From Phycisphaerales bacterium (GTDB lineage: Bacteria > Planctomycetota > Phycisphaerae > Phycisphaerales > UBA1924), in the NCBI GenBank assembly GCA_043776515.1, contig JAYVRG010000050.1:138-64137 (forward strand): a stretch of 64,000 nt of DNA, in the 5' to 3' direction. The notes under the pieces were generated by a model, which had not been told where the DNA came from, did not search any database, and was given only the letters and a program-made list of their open reading frames with translations. Positions 63,845-64,000 of this stretch are shown piece by piece. The position numbers were made by a program, and so were the translations under genes. The stretch's first letter is position 1. Each line of letters begins with the position of its first letter.

Positions 63845-63931
63845 GTGCCGCCCGCTTCGCGGGCTTGATGCACGCGCGTGCGTATGAACATGGGCGAAAC
63901 CTACTACCCCCGGGGCTGACGCCCCGGGCTA
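63845..63931. repeat. Right flanking two-hairpin module of the Y1 transposase gene
   Basis: gtgccGCCCGCttcGCGGGCt ... cCCCGGGGCtgacGCCCCGGGcta is inverted relative to 63248-63330. Confidence 0.85.
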
Positions 63932-64000
63932 CGATTGTTTCGGCCGCGATGCGGCCTGCAAATCAGCAAAACAACAGACTCCGGCTCCAATCACGCCCGA

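Overview
This is a high-GC chromosomal segment (about two-thirds G+C by eye). Gene content and protein quirks suggest a PVC-superphylum genome, most likely Planctomycetota (Phycisphaerae-like). I can support about 41 protein genes, one tRNA-Arg(CCT) and more than 25 copies of short GC-rich hairpin repeats. Core genes are a MIP channel, an MFS transporter, pdxH, dnaB, alkaline phosphatase, a TlpA-like redoxin, murE-murF-mraY, murA, ychF, manA, a ComB-like phosphatase and a DinB-like protein. A seven-gene, translationally coupled DUF58/BatA-like/vWA membrane operon spans 14.5-28.6 kb. An accessory-looking block (33.8-53.8 kb) holds two fibro-slime/PA14 paralogues and three very large secreted proteins that share a duplicated DIFDFLxxWFAGC dockerin-like C-terminus. 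One of the three is a 1282-aa Cys-rich repeat protein. The block also holds an FGE/SUMF1-like protein and a glycoside-hydrolase-like protein. The most striking signal is the repeat load. At least three families of REP/REPIN/MITE-like elements with GTGCCAC/GTGGCAC-type termini saturate the window. Several copies sit in frame inside housekeeping genes (murE twice, manA, the 5' end of a prenyltransferase-like gene) without breaking the ORF. The window ends with a Y1/HUH (IS200/RayT-type) transposase gene bracketed by inverted hairpin modules, a REPtron-like unit. I saw no CRISPR array, rRNA or obvious prophage. All calls come from motif recognition by eye on the supplied ORF track and sequence; no searches were run.
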